Notes: generated by a model from the letters alone, not told the origin. Positions 29,092-39,857 are shown, counted from the first letter of the stretch. The stretch is DNA of 64,000 bases from Candidatus Parcubacteria bacterium (GCA_026004535.1 BPJI01000002.1:688-64687); one strand, 5' to 3'. Numbers and translations are program-made.

Positions 29092-29969
29092 TAGTAAATA
29101 AAGGCATAATAGTTCATGATCCGGATTTTGTAGATTATTACTATAATGAAGCGAGTAATTATTACTTGAACACAGAGGGCATAATAGACGTTCATGGAAA
29201 AAATGTGCTTATATTTTATTTACCAAGAATAAATAATACGTTTTTAATACGATTAGTTTGCCCGGAGACAGGCGACATAATAGCGGAAAGAGAAGTTAAT
29301 CCAATGCAGCGAAACAGAGTAATGTTTCATTTGCCAAATTATGAGAAAGCAATCATAATGCAGGGCTATAAAAAGGGAGATAAATACGATAAAAAGAACA
29401 TCTATTATAGTTTACACGAAGTAGATAAGGCGATTCTCTTAAAAGAAGAAGATTGGGAGTTTTACGAATTTGTATTTCCAATTGTCAGGTATTTGAAAGA
29501 TTATGAAATTGGCACTTATCTAAAAAGTGAAAAAGGTACATATAGTATAAAAATATCCGATTATATTTATCAAAACAACAAACCTATACTTGCCAATGCG
29601 GGCGTAAACGTCCACACGGGGGAATTTATCATATCAAAAATAAATATGTTAAATAAATTTACCTGTCATGAGCGTTTTGCAATTATGTGCCATGAGTACG
29701 GTCATTTTTACGGAAATGATAAATTAAATATACATAGGAGCAATGAGATTGGAGCAGATTTATACGGAATGAAACTATTTATGGATTTGAAATTTCATCC
29801 TTACGACTATATTGCTGCGTTTGAGAAGGTGTATAGTATTGTTCCATCTAAAACTAACAAATTAAGATTAGAAACAATATACAAATTTGCATATCAGTAC
29901 TATAAAGATATTAAGAAAAGGGAAGTATATGCTAAAATAAGATACAAGCAATTGCCTGAAAAAAAATAG
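29088..29969 (+). CDS. putative zinc metallopeptidase (HExxH)
   Basis: FAIMCHEYGHFYGNDK contains an HEYGH zinc-binding motif in a protein of appropriate size (293 aa). Confidence 0.4.
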   Translation: MIVNKGIIVHDPDFVDYYYNEASNYYLNTEGIIDVHGKNVLIFYLPRINNTFLIRLVCPETGDIIAEREVNPMQRNRVMFHLPNYEKAIIMQGYKKGDKYDKKNIYYSLHEVDKAILLKEEDWEFYEFVFPIVRYLKDYEIGTYLKSEKGTYSIKISDYIYQNNKPILANAGVNVHTGEFIISKINMLNKFTCHERFAIMCHEYGHFYGNDKLNIHRSNEIGADLYGMKLFMDLKFHPYDYIAAFEKVYSIVPSKTNKLRLETIYKFAYQYYKDIKKREVYAKIRYKQLPEKK

Positions 29970-29976
29970 TTTATTT

Positions 29977-30789
29977 ATGAGCGTTGATTTAATTACAATA
30001 TTGAATAGAAATGAAGGCAATAAAGAAATAATTGATATTTTACGTGATTTATTTAAAGACAAAGAGGGTGTAAAAAATGATTTTGAAAAATTAAATTTAT
30101 TAAAAAACTACGTATATTTATTATTCGGTTCGCAAGAATATATGCTACTTTTAAAAAATAAGATTATATTAAATGTAGATATAGTAAATGTAAAAAATAT
30201 AACTGATACTGACTTTTTTTATTATTATGACAAGATAATTTCGGATATATTTATAAATGAAGATGGTTTATTTTATGGAAATAATAAGATAAAAAGGGGA
30301 TATTTAAACCTGTTTTTAAAATCAAGCAGTGTGGAAGAATATATTTATACCTTTCATAACTTTTTTTATAGGATTGTAAGCAATACATTAAAATATTTAT
30401 CCAGAAAAGAAGGTTCTATTGGCAATATAATAAGCAATATTGTTCAAATAGGATTTGATGACGAAAATGAGCAGTTGCATATTGAAGATATAATACAAAA
30501 GAAAGAGTATGAGAGTGATTTGGATAATATGTTTAAGAATATAGACAAAAATTTTAATAATAGATGCGATAATGATATTGAGAAAGCGATGGAAATGACA
30601 TTTAAATCAGTTGATATTCTAAAAAAAGATGAAGTACAAATAGAAAATTTAAATAATTTTGTTGTAAGAAATCTTTCTACTTATATTAATCTTATGATGT
30701 TGTATTTTAAAGAAAATTACAAAGAAAGCATGATATTTAACGATGAGACGTATTTAAAACTAATCAATATCACTGAAATATCAAATTAA
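29977..30789 (+). CDS. hypothetical protein (270 aa)
   Basis: An ORF. Confidence 0.5.
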   Translation: MSVDLITILNRNEGNKEIIDILRDLFKDKEGVKNDFEKLNLLKNYVYLLFGSQEYMLLLKNKIILNVDIVNVKNITDTDFFYYYDKIISDIFINEDGLFYGNNKIKRGYLNLFLKSSSVEEYIYTFHNFFYRIVSNTLKYLSRKEGSIGNIISNIVQIGFDDENEQLHIEDIIQKKEYESDLDNMFKNIDKNFNNRCDNDIEKAMEMTFKSVDILKKDEVQIENLNNFVVRNLSTYINLMMLYFKENYKESMIFNDETYLKLINITEISN

Positions 30790-30795
30790 AACAAT

Positions 30796-32667
30796 ATGAA
30801 CGAATTAGGATGGAAAAATAATGGAAATGGTGGCGGTGGTGGTAGCGTCAACATATACAGGTCTTTAGATATTTATATTGACACTGTATATGGAGACGAT
30901 ACTACTGCTGAAATTGGCAATTTTGCCAAACCATACAAGACATCAACAAATGTTTTGAGTGATTTAAATAATTATTTGGCATCCAATTCAATAAACAATG
31001 TTTATATTCACGTTAGCGGTTTGGATAACGATTCATTTAGTTTTAACACATCCGTTTTAACTAATGCAGGAAATTTGAATTTTTATTTTAACATATACAA
31101 CAAGATAAATATAACCATTGATTATTCTTCAATCAACACGCAAAAATTTTCATTTGTTTTTACGCCTGAAACAAATAAAATACAAGCAGAAGGATTTGAT
31201 TACTTTACAAACGTTAATATTAATTTTGTTAACGTAAATTCTTTTGAAACCAATATAAATTTTAACAACATATCATTTAATTTGAATTTGAATGGTCAAA
31301 TAAACACAAATCATGTGTTGTCTGTCTTTGTTAAAGATGTTAATTTTGGAAATAGTTACATTTATGATGGCGCAACATATTCGGATATAAAAAAATATTT
31401 TTATATCAATAATTCACAAAATATATACATTGAAGAGTATCTTAATAATATTACTTATTTTGAAAATTTATACGCTGAAAATTGTCAAAATATCACATAC
31501 TACAATGAATTTAATGATAGTTTGTCAATAGATTATTCGTCACCGGGCATCACAATGGAACATATCATTACAAATACCAAAGATTTTAAATACGATAGTA
31601 TATTAGAATACATAGAAATAATGGATATAAGAAATTCAAGTGTAATAATTCCAGAGAAAATAATTTGTAGTACATTTAATTCTCAAAACAGTGATATAAT
31701 ACGATCCGAAACTTTTAAATTAGAAAGCGTTAAATATCCTTTCGTAATTTTAAAGGAATTTAATATCAGCAATACAAAATTGACATATAAACATATGGGA
31801 TTTAACCCGCCTAATTTGATGTCCCCGGAGATAATATTCTACGGAAACATTAAATCAAAAATTCTAAATAGTTACATTGAGTTGGGTTTAAATTATTTTT
31901 TGTTTGATGAAGGAGAAATAAATATATTTAATTCGTCCGTCAACAATCTTTTGTATCCGCAGAAAGAAGTAAATTATGTGATAAAAATATCAGACATTGA
32001 TGATAAAGATATTAACGGGACGGTTTTAAATAATTCGTTTAACGTGCCATTGGGAAGAGCAATCAGGGTAAATGCGGATATAAGAAATTCAAATTTGTAT
32101 TTTTTGGTTAGTGATGATTTTCAACAAACTCCACCTAACAAATATTTTATGATATTCCAAGACATGTGGGAAGAAAACAGATATACGGGATATATTGACA
32201 TAAGAAATACGAGTATGATATTTAATAACTTATTGAATATATATAATGATAATTTGATAACATTTACTTTTTCCGAATTTTTCTCACCGCTTGTCAGATT
32301 ATATGATTTTAATACGAACGGATTTGTTAATAATACATTGAATTTATATAGATTTATAGGCGAATCAATACATTGTGTAAGGATTATAGATGGAAATGTT
32401 CCCAACAATGTAAATATAAGAAAAGAGGATTATCTGATATATGTGGCAAGACCGATTACAATTATGCTGCCTGACTTAACGGGTACAAACTTTAATAATA
32501 AAACATATACCATTAAAAACATTAACACATCCGAACCCATTACAATACAGGCAACAGGCGGGATACAAATAGACGGTGTGTCGTCATATAACTTGTTGCC
32601 AAACGAATCCATAACTTTGCAATATGTGGATTATCTAAATAAATATCTGATAATAAATAAGTTTTAG
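30796..32667 (+). CDS. N-rich fibre or receptor-binding-like protein (623 aa)
   Basis: A Gly-rich N-terminus (NGNGGGGGS) followed by long Asn/Ile/Thr-rich sequence with beta-repeat character, of the kind seen in tail fibres and spikes. Confidence 0.4.
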   Translation: MNELGWKNNGNGGGGGSVNIYRSLDIYIDTVYGDDTTAEIGNFAKPYKTSTNVLSDLNNYLASNSINNVYIHVSGLDNDSFSFNTSVLTNAGNLNFYFNIYNKINITIDYSSINTQKFSFVFTPETNKIQAEGFDYFTNVNINFVNVNSFETNINFNNISFNLNLNGQINTNHVLSVFVKDVNFGNSYIYDGATYSDIKKYFYINNSQNIYIEEYLNNITYFENLYAENCQNITYYNEFNDSLSIDYSSPGITMEHIITNTKDFKYDSILEYIEIMDIRNSSVIIPEKIICSTFNSQNSDIIRSETFKLESVKYPFVILKEFNISNTKLTYKHMGFNPPNLMSPEIIFYGNIKSKILNSYIELGLNYFLFDEGEINIFNSSVNNLLYPQKEVNYVIKISDIDDKDINGTVLNNSFNVPLGRAIRVNADIRNSNLYFLVSDDFQQTPPNKYFMIFQDMWEENRYTGYIDIRNTSMIFNNLLNIYNDNLITFTFSEFFSPLVRLYDFNTNGFVNNTLNLYRFIGESIHCVRIIDGNVPNNVNIRKEDYLIYVARPITIMLPDLTGTNFNNKTYTIKNINTSEPITIQATGGIQIDGVSSYNLLPNESITLQYVDYLNKYLIINKF

Positions 32668-32682
32668 GAAATAAATGAAAAT

Positions 32683-33456
32683 ATGAACGTTTTTGATATA
32701 AATTGGTTTAATAATCATCCGAATTTAGTACTTAACAAAGGTCAAAAAGTATATTTGGATGATAGAGTTCATTACAAAATAGGAGACGGCGTGACGCCGT
32801 TAAGCCAATTAAATTGGAGAAAAGACATAAAATTATTTAACGAAGGATTAGATGATGTATCTTTTAAATATGGATATGATACAGCATCCGGCAGAATTTT
32901 AAGAATACCCATGAATGCAACAAGAAAATCAAATATTGATTTTGCGAATATAGATTATCCATTTTTCATTCCTGTTACCATACAAAGAAGAATCAATATA
33001 AGAAATATTGCAATCAGAATCCAATCAATAAATACAAATGCAAGTAAACCGTTCCACTCTGTAGAAATGGCTTTCTATAAAATTGACGCAAGTATAAGCA
33101 ATAGTAGATATTTGAATCTCAATAAATTAGGAAATTCGGAAATCATAAATATTTCTGCCGCAGGCATTTATTCTTTCGGTTCATTAACTTTCAACAATTT
33201 GGACACAGGAAATTATGCTGTCGGAATATTGTTTGGCAAACAAGGGAAGGCGATATCAATAAACCCGTTGGTGGTATCTATTTCGTATGATTTTAGTTTG
33301 TTTGGCAATAATGGAGAGTTTATTGTAATAATGGACAACACATTAACAACTTTTAATAATTTGCCGGACAGTTATTCATACGATATGTCTATTGTAAATA
33401 ATTCAATTAACGCAAACGTTCCTTTCGTTTTGATAAGATATGATTTAGTAACATAA
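32683..33456 (+). CDS. fibre or collar-like protein (257 aa)
   Basis: It contains KIGDGVTPLSQLNW, which resembles the GDGxT..W..L motif of tail-fibre and collar proteins. The match is weak. Confidence 0.4.
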   Translation: MNVFDINWFNNHPNLVLNKGQKVYLDDRVHYKIGDGVTPLSQLNWRKDIKLFNEGLDDVSFKYGYDTASGRILRIPMNATRKSNIDFANIDYPFFIPVTIQRRINIRNIAIRIQSINTNASKPFHSVEMAFYKIDASISNSRYLNLNKLGNSEIINISAAGIYSFGSLTFNNLDTGNYAVGILFGKQGKAISINPLVVSISYDFSLFGNNGEFIVIMDNTLTTFNNLPDSYSYDMSIVNNSINANVPFVLIRYDLVT

Positions 33457-33480
33457 TTAGTAACATAAATATAAACAATT

Positions 33481-34155
33481 ATGGCAATTTATCCGAATAT
33501 ACCAATTTATTATTATGACAATCATAATTATTATTCAATTTTTGATAAATATTTTTTTGATGAACAATTAGAAAGCGGCACTCTTGTAAGTGATTTTACT
33601 TTAATTACAAACTTAAAAAAGTTAATAAATGATATAAGTGAATTTAATATAAGTTACGAAGAGATAAGATATATATTAAAAAAATGGTACGAAGAAAATG
33701 CGAATGCAAACAATACAACAAACATAGAGCAAAATAAAGAAATACTCTGCAGATACAAGATTGTTGACAGAACGGAAATAATAAACTATTTTGGAGAGTT
33801 AATGGCTTATGAAATACTTCAAGAATTTGAATACAATTCAAGGCAGTGTAGGATGAAGGCATATAGTTTTGGTGAAAGTATTATTCGTTCATGGGTGTCG
33901 GATATTGATATGATAAATATATTTAACGCCATTTCGCAATATAAATTAGATTTTTATTACAAAGAATATGGGATACACGGAAAAAACTACAATGACTTGG
34001 TTGCAGGTATTATGGACTTTATCGAAGGCACAAATGAATTTACAGGTTCGGGCATTGTGGATATGAATCTGACATTTAAATTAGAAGGCAAAGATAAACC
34101 GCAACTCATTGCAAAATTGAAGCAGTATTTGTGGGAATTTAATTTTAGAAGTTAA
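33481..34155 (+). CDS. hypothetical protein (224 aa)
   Basis: An ORF. Confidence 0.5.
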   Translation: MAIYPNIPIYYYDNHNYYSIFDKYFFDEQLESGTLVSDFTLITNLKKLINDISEFNISYEEIRYILKKWYEENANANNTTNIEQNKEILCRYKIVDRTEIINYFGELMAYEILQEFEYNSRQCRMKAYSFGESIIRSWVSDIDMINIFNAISQYKLDFYYKEYGIHGKNYNDLVAGIMDFIEGTNEFTGSGIVDMNLTFKLEGKDKPQLIAKLKQYLWEFNFRS

Positions 34156-34172
34156 CATTAAAACATATAATT

Positions 34173-34715
34173 ATGAAAATGATTGAAAACATACAATTAG
34201 AAACAAATTTTTGGCTTTATGAATTCTTACATTCTGATATTGCCGAAAGATTTCCAGATATAAAGAAAAAACAATTCAATCCACCTAAAAGCGTTTTGGA
34301 AGAGTTAAAATTAACCGCACAAATGATGCAGAGAATAAGAGATTTATGCACCAGACACATAGATAACAAAATTGTTATACATATTACATCGGGATACAGA
34401 TGCCCTGATTTGAACAAAATAATAAGTAAAAGTAAAACATCAGACCATATGTTTGGCAGGGCTGCCGATTTTGTCATGTATAAAGACGGACAAGTAATAA
34501 AAGATTGTGATAAAATTAAGTATTTATATCAGTTGATTATGACGCATATAAGTTATTATCAATTGATAAAAGAGTATGGCACACGTTCCGTTCCGGCGTG
34601 GACCCATATATCACAAAGAGTGAATAAGAATCAAAATATTAAACAAAATTTGGAAATAGGGCAACATACAAAAAATAATTACGTAATTTTGGATATGAAT
34701 AAATGGAAATGCTAA
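34173..34715 (+). CDS. peptidase M15-family (VanY/L-Ala-D-Glu-like) zinc peptidase; endolysin candidate
   Basis: HITSGYRCPDLNKIISKSKTSDHMFGRAADF matches the M15 SGYR...H(x6)D core, with the downstream His provided by the SDH segment. Confidence 0.7.
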   Translation: MKMIENIQLETNFWLYEFLHSDIAERFPDIKKKQFNPPKSVLEELKLTAQMMQRIRDLCTRHIDNKIVIHITSGYRCPDLNKIISKSKTSDHMFGRAADFVMYKDGQVIKDCDKIKYLYQLIMTHISYYQLIKEYGTRSVPAWTHISQRVNKNQNIKQNLEIGQHTKNNYVILDMNKWKC

Positions 34716-34724
34716 ATTGAGATT

Positions 34725-35111
34725 ATGACAAAATTAGGTAAGTTTATTAGAATATTGCATTTATTCTTGTATTTTATAGGCAGTTTTGCTGCAAGAGTAA
34801 AGTTGCATAATTACACCCTTGCCTCTATTTTGCATATTGCTTTTAATATAGTTCTTGTAATTTTATTTTTGAATAATCTTAAAGAAATTACAGGGATATT
34901 AAAAGAATTTATATCACCACAGCATACGTTTATAATCTTTTTTTTAATTTTAGCCGCATATAATATTTTTTTTGTTTTTGTTTACAGGAGAAATTTTTTT
35001 GAAAACACATATAGTGAGTTTGATATAAATATCGGGATTTCCGACAAAAATAATGAGAAAAAATCAGATGATGAATTTGAGGAGAAAAAATCAGAAAATA
35101 ATGCAGGTTAA
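34725..35111 (+). CDS. holin candidate: a 3-TM protein with a charged C-terminal tail
   Basis: It lies immediately downstream of the M15 peptidase. It has three hydrophobic helices and a highly charged tail, SDKNNEKKSDDEFEEKKSENNAG. Confidence 0.45.
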   Translation: MTKLGKFIRILHLFLYFIGSFAARVKLHNYTLASILHIAFNIVLVILFLNNLKEITGILKEFISPQHTFIIFFLILAAYNIFFVFVYRRNFFENTYSEFDINIGISDKNNEKKSDDEFEEKKSENNAG

Positions 35112-35146
35112 GAATATTGAGAATAAGAATATAAATATTAAGAATT

Positions 35147-35542
35147 ATGAAATTAGGAAGACCAAAGGGCTACGAATACTTTGGGCTGAAGTTTCGTAGC
35201 AAAGTTGAAGCATATTTTTTTGCGAAAATAATGAACACCGGTGCGTATGTAGTAAGATACCAACATTTTATTGTAATGAAAGGATTTATTTATAGGCAAG
35301 AAAAAATAAAACCTATAAAAGTAAAAGTGGATTATGTGATATACAAGAATAAGAAAAAAGATGTAAAAGACATAATTGCTATGGTTCATTACGGTAGAAT
35401 GGACAGTAATGATAAGGCGTTATTGTTTCAATATATGAAACTCTCAAACATTACTCCGCCATTATTAAAATTAGAAACAAAAAGTGAAGTGGATATTTTT
35501 TGCGAAAAAATAGAAAAAGTTTTAGGGAAAAAAATAAATTAA
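35147..35542 (+). CDS. hypothetical protein (131 aa)
   Basis: An ORF; the antisense ORF is spurious. Confidence 0.45.
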   Translation: MKLGRPKGYEYFGLKFRSKVEAYFFAKIMNTGAYVVRYQHFIVMKGFIYRQEKIKPIKVKVDYVIYKNKKKDVKDIIAMVHYGRMDSNDKALLFQYMKLSNITPPLLKLETKSEVDIFCEKIEKVLGKKIN

Positions 35543-35593
35543 TTTAAAATAATAATAATAAATTTGTGTTTAAATTATTAAAATGATATAACT

Positions 35594-36226
35594 ATGGAAG
35601 AATTAGTATTAGATTTACAACAAGTTCCTGTTTTGAACGATATTTATGTGAACATTGCGACCATTAAAGAATATTTAATAAAAGATGGTTTGTGCAGGAT
35701 TAAAACAAACTATGGTGTTTGTTATTTAGAGGAAAAGTATTTTAACAGCGATATGGAATCCTTACCTATTATTCAATTCCCAAGACCTATAAACGAGTTA
35801 AACAAAAAAACAGGTAAAGATGGATGCGTTTATATGTTTAATAAGATTTTGCCAATTATAAATACAAATTTGATACTATCTAAACCTGATGCCAAATACT
35901 TTAATTATTATAGTTTTATTGGCAATAAAGAGGGTGATAGCATAAGATTTGACGAAATAGTCAAATTATTGGATGTTATTACACAAAGGCAGGGGAAAAG
36001 TTTGGTTTACAAGATATGTTTTATGCTGTTTAAATTTAATGATATGAAGGTGGATGATATTGTTACATACTTTAATTACAGATATGATGATAGTTTAGGT
36101 TGTTTTGATATTAGTTTTGGGATAAAATATCAAGAATATGAGCATGAGCCAAGTATTAAGATATATTCTAATAAAGAAATATTGTTAAATTACATAAAAA
36201 GTTTTAAATTTGTGAAAAGTAACTAA
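35594..36226 (+). CDS. hypothetical protein (210 aa)
   Basis: An ORF. Confidence 0.5.
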   Translation: MEELVLDLQQVPVLNDIYVNIATIKEYLIKDGLCRIKTNYGVCYLEEKYFNSDMESLPIIQFPRPINELNKKTGKDGCVYMFNKILPIINTNLILSKPDAKYFNYYSFIGNKEGDSIRFDEIVKLLDVITQRQGKSLVYKICFMLFKFNDMKVDDIVTYFNYRYDDSLGCFDISFGIKYQEYEHEPSIKIYSNKEILLNYIKSFKFVKSN

Positions 36227-36228
36227 AT

Positions 36229-36435
36229 ATGGCAAAACAAAAGGTTAAATATGGTGTTTGTCATGTATGCTATATCGTAGATGGGATAAAGGAGAAAAAA
36301 CATTTACGCTATTGTCCTGTTTGTGATGCTTATATTTGTGTGGAGTGTTTCGGAAACTTGCCAAAAAGAGCATTGGCGGCGGTAAAAAAGCCGTTTTTGA
36401 CAAAAGAGCAAAAAAACTTTTTAAAAAATAACTAA
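36229..36435 (+). CDS. zinc-ribbon mini-protein (68 aa)
   Basis: Three CxxC pairs: CHVC, CPVC and CVEC. Confidence 0.45.
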   Translation: MAKQKVKYGVCHVCYIVDGIKEKKHLRYCPVCDAYICVECFGNLPKRALAAVKKPFLTKEQKNFLKNN

Positions 36436-36452
36436 AACTTAAAACTACATAT

Positions 36453-37634
36453 ATGGAAGAGGTCATATTAAAAAATTTAAAATTACAAATATCAAAAGAT
36501 TCTTTAGAAGCGCTATTCGGAGAAGATTATAATAAAGTTTACAAAGATAAAGACAACATATATGCAAGAACTTTGGCAGGGCATATTAATACCGCAATAA
36601 AATTAAGTAACACATTGAAAGATTATTTGGATAAAATGCAAAAATATGATAAAGATTATAAATTGTATAATAAAATATCAAAAGAATACTATCTTTATTA
36701 CACGCTAATAGGTGGATACCTTATGATGTTGAAACTGTTAAAAGATGGGATGTCCAAAGAAGAATTTATTAAAGAGTTCCCCGACACTAAATTGTCAAAC
36801 ATAATAAAAGAAAACACCGGTTTAAAATTAGATGTGCAGAAGTTGAACGACATATTAAACAGGTTTAATAAAGTGTTGATTAGTGAGAGATTTGATAAAG
36901 ATGAGAGTGTTGATTTGTTTATTAAGTATGCAAACGAAATTATTAACCAAAGAGGTGGCGTAAGCGAGGTTAAAGAAACTGTATCAGATACAGAAACTAT
37001 TGAAGAGAAATTGGAAGAATTACAAGAGGCAGAACAAGAATTGGAGCAAGAGGCAGAAAAAGAGGCGGAGCAAGAAACAGAGACAGAAAAAGAAGCAGAT
37101 AAAAGTAAGAGCGTATCAAGAGAGTATCAGGATGAAATTAAAACCGTCATTTATGATATAAAAGAAGGCAGAGAGGAGTTTTTCAATGCTTTGATTGAGA
37201 AGGTTAATGAAGAAGATGATGACGTATTTGTAAACTTTAATGTTTTGAAACATGTATTAGAAGCAATTCAATATGAAGATTTAAATGTTATAGACATAGT
37301 AAAAGAAATTATTGAAGAGAAAATTGATAATGTAAGAAAAGAATATGATAAAAAAATATCAGAACTGACGAAAAAAATTGAAATGCAACAAAAGGTAATT
37401 CAGGAACTTTCAAAATTGTTGAATGAACACGTAAAAATTACAAAGGAAATTAATGAAAAATTGAATCAGGTTAATCAAAAAACAGAAAAAGTTAAAATGG
37501 TAGTTGAATATAAGGCAGAAGGAAAAAAACCAGAAGAAAAACAAGAAACAATAAAAAAACCATCTGTAAAAAGAAGAATAAGTTTTATCAGCAAAGACGA
37601 ATATACACGTGGAAGCACACGGGGACGTATATAA
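36453..37634 (+). CDS. coiled-coil E/K-rich protein (393 aa)
   Basis: Long EQELEQEAEKEAEQETETEKEADK runs and a heptad-like C-terminal half. Confidence 0.5.
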   Translation: MEEVILKNLKLQISKDSLEALFGEDYNKVYKDKDNIYARTLAGHINTAIKLSNTLKDYLDKMQKYDKDYKLYNKISKEYYLYYTLIGGYLMMLKLLKDGMSKEEFIKEFPDTKLSNIIKENTGLKLDVQKLNDILNRFNKVLISERFDKDESVDLFIKYANEIINQRGGVSEVKETVSDTETIEEKLEELQEAEQELEQEAEKEAEQETETEKEADKSKSVSREYQDEIKTVIYDIKEGREEFFNALIEKVNEEDDDVFVNFNVLKHVLEAIQYEDLNVIDIVKEIIEEKIDNVRKEYDKKISELTKKIEMQQKVIQELSKLLNEHVKITKEINEKLNQVNQKTEKVKMVVEYKAEGKKPEEKQETIKKPSVKRRISFISKDEYTRGSTRGRI

Positions 37635-37676
37635 ATTATAAATAAATAATAAAACAAACAATAAAATCTAAACATT

Positions 37677-38177
37677 ATGAGAAGGAATTATAAATTCATA
37701 CAGCACAAAAAATCTAATCATCTATACGTATTTGTGCCTACAGGAAACCGTGAAACTAAAACCATCGGTTATCTAATGCAGGTTAAAATTAAAGACAACA
37801 AATTTGAAGGAGTATTAAGTTTTAAACCTTGCGAATATAATGAAGCGGATTATGTTGAATTGGATAAAAATGACCCACGTTTCAAAGATTTGTTGGAAAT
37901 TGACTATATGTTTACAGATATTCAAGCATTGATTAGATTGGCTGATAGCAGAAAAATTAAAAAAACAGAACAAGAAAAGGTTCAGAAAGATGATGTCAAT
38001 AACAATGAAGTAGAAACAAAAGAAGTTGATTTGACAGATAGCAAAGAAAGTGAAAAAGAAACCGAAGAAAATGAAAAAATAGATGAGTCAATGAGCAGCG
38101 AAGTAGATTCAAAGGAAAATAAAAAAAGCGTAACAAAAAAAAGAACGAGCAAAAAGAAAAATACTTCCAAAAAGTAA
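37677..38177 (+). CDS. protein with a globular N-domain and a Lys-rich H1-like tail (166 aa)
   Basis: The C-terminus reads KKSVTKKRTSKKKNTSKK. Confidence 0.5.
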   Translation: MRRNYKFIQHKKSNHLYVFVPTGNRETKTIGYLMQVKIKDNKFEGVLSFKPCEYNEADYVELDKNDPRFKDLLEIDYMFTDIQALIRLADSRKIKKTEQEKVQKDDVNNNEVETKEVDLTDSKESEKETEENEKIDESMSSEVDSKENKKSVTKKRTSKKKNTSKK

Positions 38178-38213
38178 AAAAAAAGAAATATAACTAATAA
38201 AAAATTAATAATT

Positions 38214-39305
38214 ATGGAAACAATTGTAACAAGAGTAAATTTGATTAATTACATTAAAGAGTGCAAAAAAGTAAACATTCCAAACAGGAATAAGTTTTTG
38301 CTTTATATTTCAGAATTGTATAAAGCCATTGAGCGTTCAGAAGAAGGAATGGTATATGAAGAGAACGAGCAATGGATAAGTGAAATTGGAAAAGATAAAA
38401 ATTTAGTAAAAGACATAAATGAACGTTTTGGATATAACATTTACAAAGATGTTGTAACAGACATAGATAGTATCAATGAAAGATTGAATGAGTTGACAGA
38501 CGAAATTGATAACGCTTCGTATTCAAGTGATGACAGCATATTAAAAGAGTATAATTGTGAGAGTTATCAAAAGTTGTATAATGAATTTATTGAGAAAACC
38601 GAAGTGTTATTTAATGAAATTATTGAGGTGAATAAAAAAATTGACAGAATGAAAAAAGAATATGAAGACATAACCGGCGAGAATAAAGAAGAAGAAGAAG
38701 TGAAGGAAGTTGATGAGGTAAAAGTTAATAAGGGGGAAAATAAAGAAAACAATCTTGTAAAAGATGAAGATGAAGAGGTAAAGGAAGTTGATAGTGAAAT
38801 TGACGACGAGAATGAGGACGATGAGGATTATGAGGGCGATGAAGACGATGAAACCATTGAGGATGAATTGGAAGACGGGAGCGATGATGAAAATAATGAT
38901 ATTAAAACTTCGAGGGAGCAGGTTGATTTTAGAAATCAATTCCTACCAAAAATAAACAAATTTGACAAATCAAAATCTGAAAAAAGCGAGTTAAAAGAAA
39001 AAAATTCTTCATTTGTAATAATGGCATTTAATATTAGCGATAAAAATGAAGAAAACAAACAAGATGCTGTAAAAAAAGCAGGTCTATTAGCGGGTTCGGA
39101 ACAAAATAAAGACAGCCATGATATAGATATAAATAAAAAGAATGCTTTATTAAATCACTTCAAAAAATTTCCATTCATTTACGAAGAAGATTTAGTTAAA
39201 TTTGGCAAAATAAATGAGAAAAAAAGCGGATTGTTTTCCAAAGTGTATGTTTGTCAGGGAATAGAATTAAAAAAGAAAGGCAATAAATATTTTATGAGCA
39301 AATAA
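38214..39305 (+). CDS. highly acidic low-complexity protein (363 aa)
   Basis: Long D/E runs, for example DEDEEVKEVDSEIDDENEDDEDYEGDEDDETIEDELEDGSDDENND. Confidence 0.5.
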   Translation: METIVTRVNLINYIKECKKVNIPNRNKFLLYISELYKAIERSEEGMVYEENEQWISEIGKDKNLVKDINERFGYNIYKDVVTDIDSINERLNELTDEIDNASYSSDDSILKEYNCESYQKLYNEFIEKTEVLFNEIIEVNKKIDRMKKEYEDITGENKEEEEVKEVDEVKVNKGENKENNLVKDEDEEVKEVDSEIDDENEDDEDYEGDEDDETIEDELEDGSDDENNDIKTSREQVDFRNQFLPKINKFDKSKSEKSELKEKNSSFVIMAFNISDKNEENKQDAVKKAGLLAGSEQNKDSHDIDINKKNALLNHFKKFPFIYEEDLVKFGKINEKKSGLFSKVYVCQGIELKKKGNKYFMSK

Positions 39306-39306
39306 A

Positions 39307-39831
39307 ATGACCGGTCGTGCCGAAAATCTTACCAAAATTTACCTATTATCATCTATATTGATGTTTGTTTCGTCCTATTTTTTTTATTATGTCGTAAATG
39401 TAAAATATAAAGGCATAAAAAGCAATAAGGATAATAAAGAGCCGTTATTTCCTTTAGATAAGAAAATCGTAACTTCTAAATTTGGTTTTAGAATACATCC
39501 AAAATATAAAATACCGAAATTCCACAATGGCGCCGATTATGCAGGCAAAACGGGAGATAAGATATATGCAAGTGATGATGGTATTGTTATAGATAAATTT
39601 TACAATAACGCAGGTGGAAATCAGTTAATAATACAATATCCCAATTTGAAAAATTTAAAATTCGGATATGCCCACCTTAATAAAATATACGTGGAGAAAG
39701 GCGAAAAAGTCAAACGAGGTCAAGTTATCGCAGAGGTTGGAAATACAGGCGTCTCAACAGGTTCACATCTACATTTGACAATAAAAGATTCAAATGGTGT
39801 TTATATTGACCCGGAATCTATATTTGCATAA
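39307..39831 (+). CDS. peptidase M23 (LytM-type) with an N-terminal signal-anchor
   Basis: HNGADYAGKTGDKIYASDDGIV...GYAHL...GNTGVSTGSHLHLTIKD matches the M23 HxxxD / HxH signature. An N-terminal TM segment, LLSSILMFVSSYFFYYVVNV, precedes it. Confidence 0.75.
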   Translation: MTGRAENLTKIYLLSSILMFVSSYFFYYVVNVKYKGIKSNKDNKEPLFPLDKKIVTSKFGFRIHPKYKIPKFHNGADYAGKTGDKIYASDDGIVIDKFYNNAGGNQLIIQYPNLKNLKFGYAHLNKIYVEKGEKVKRGQVIAEVGNTGVSTGSHLHLTIKDSNGVYIDPESIFA

Positions 39832-39857
39832 AATTTAAAAGATAAAAATTAAAGCAT

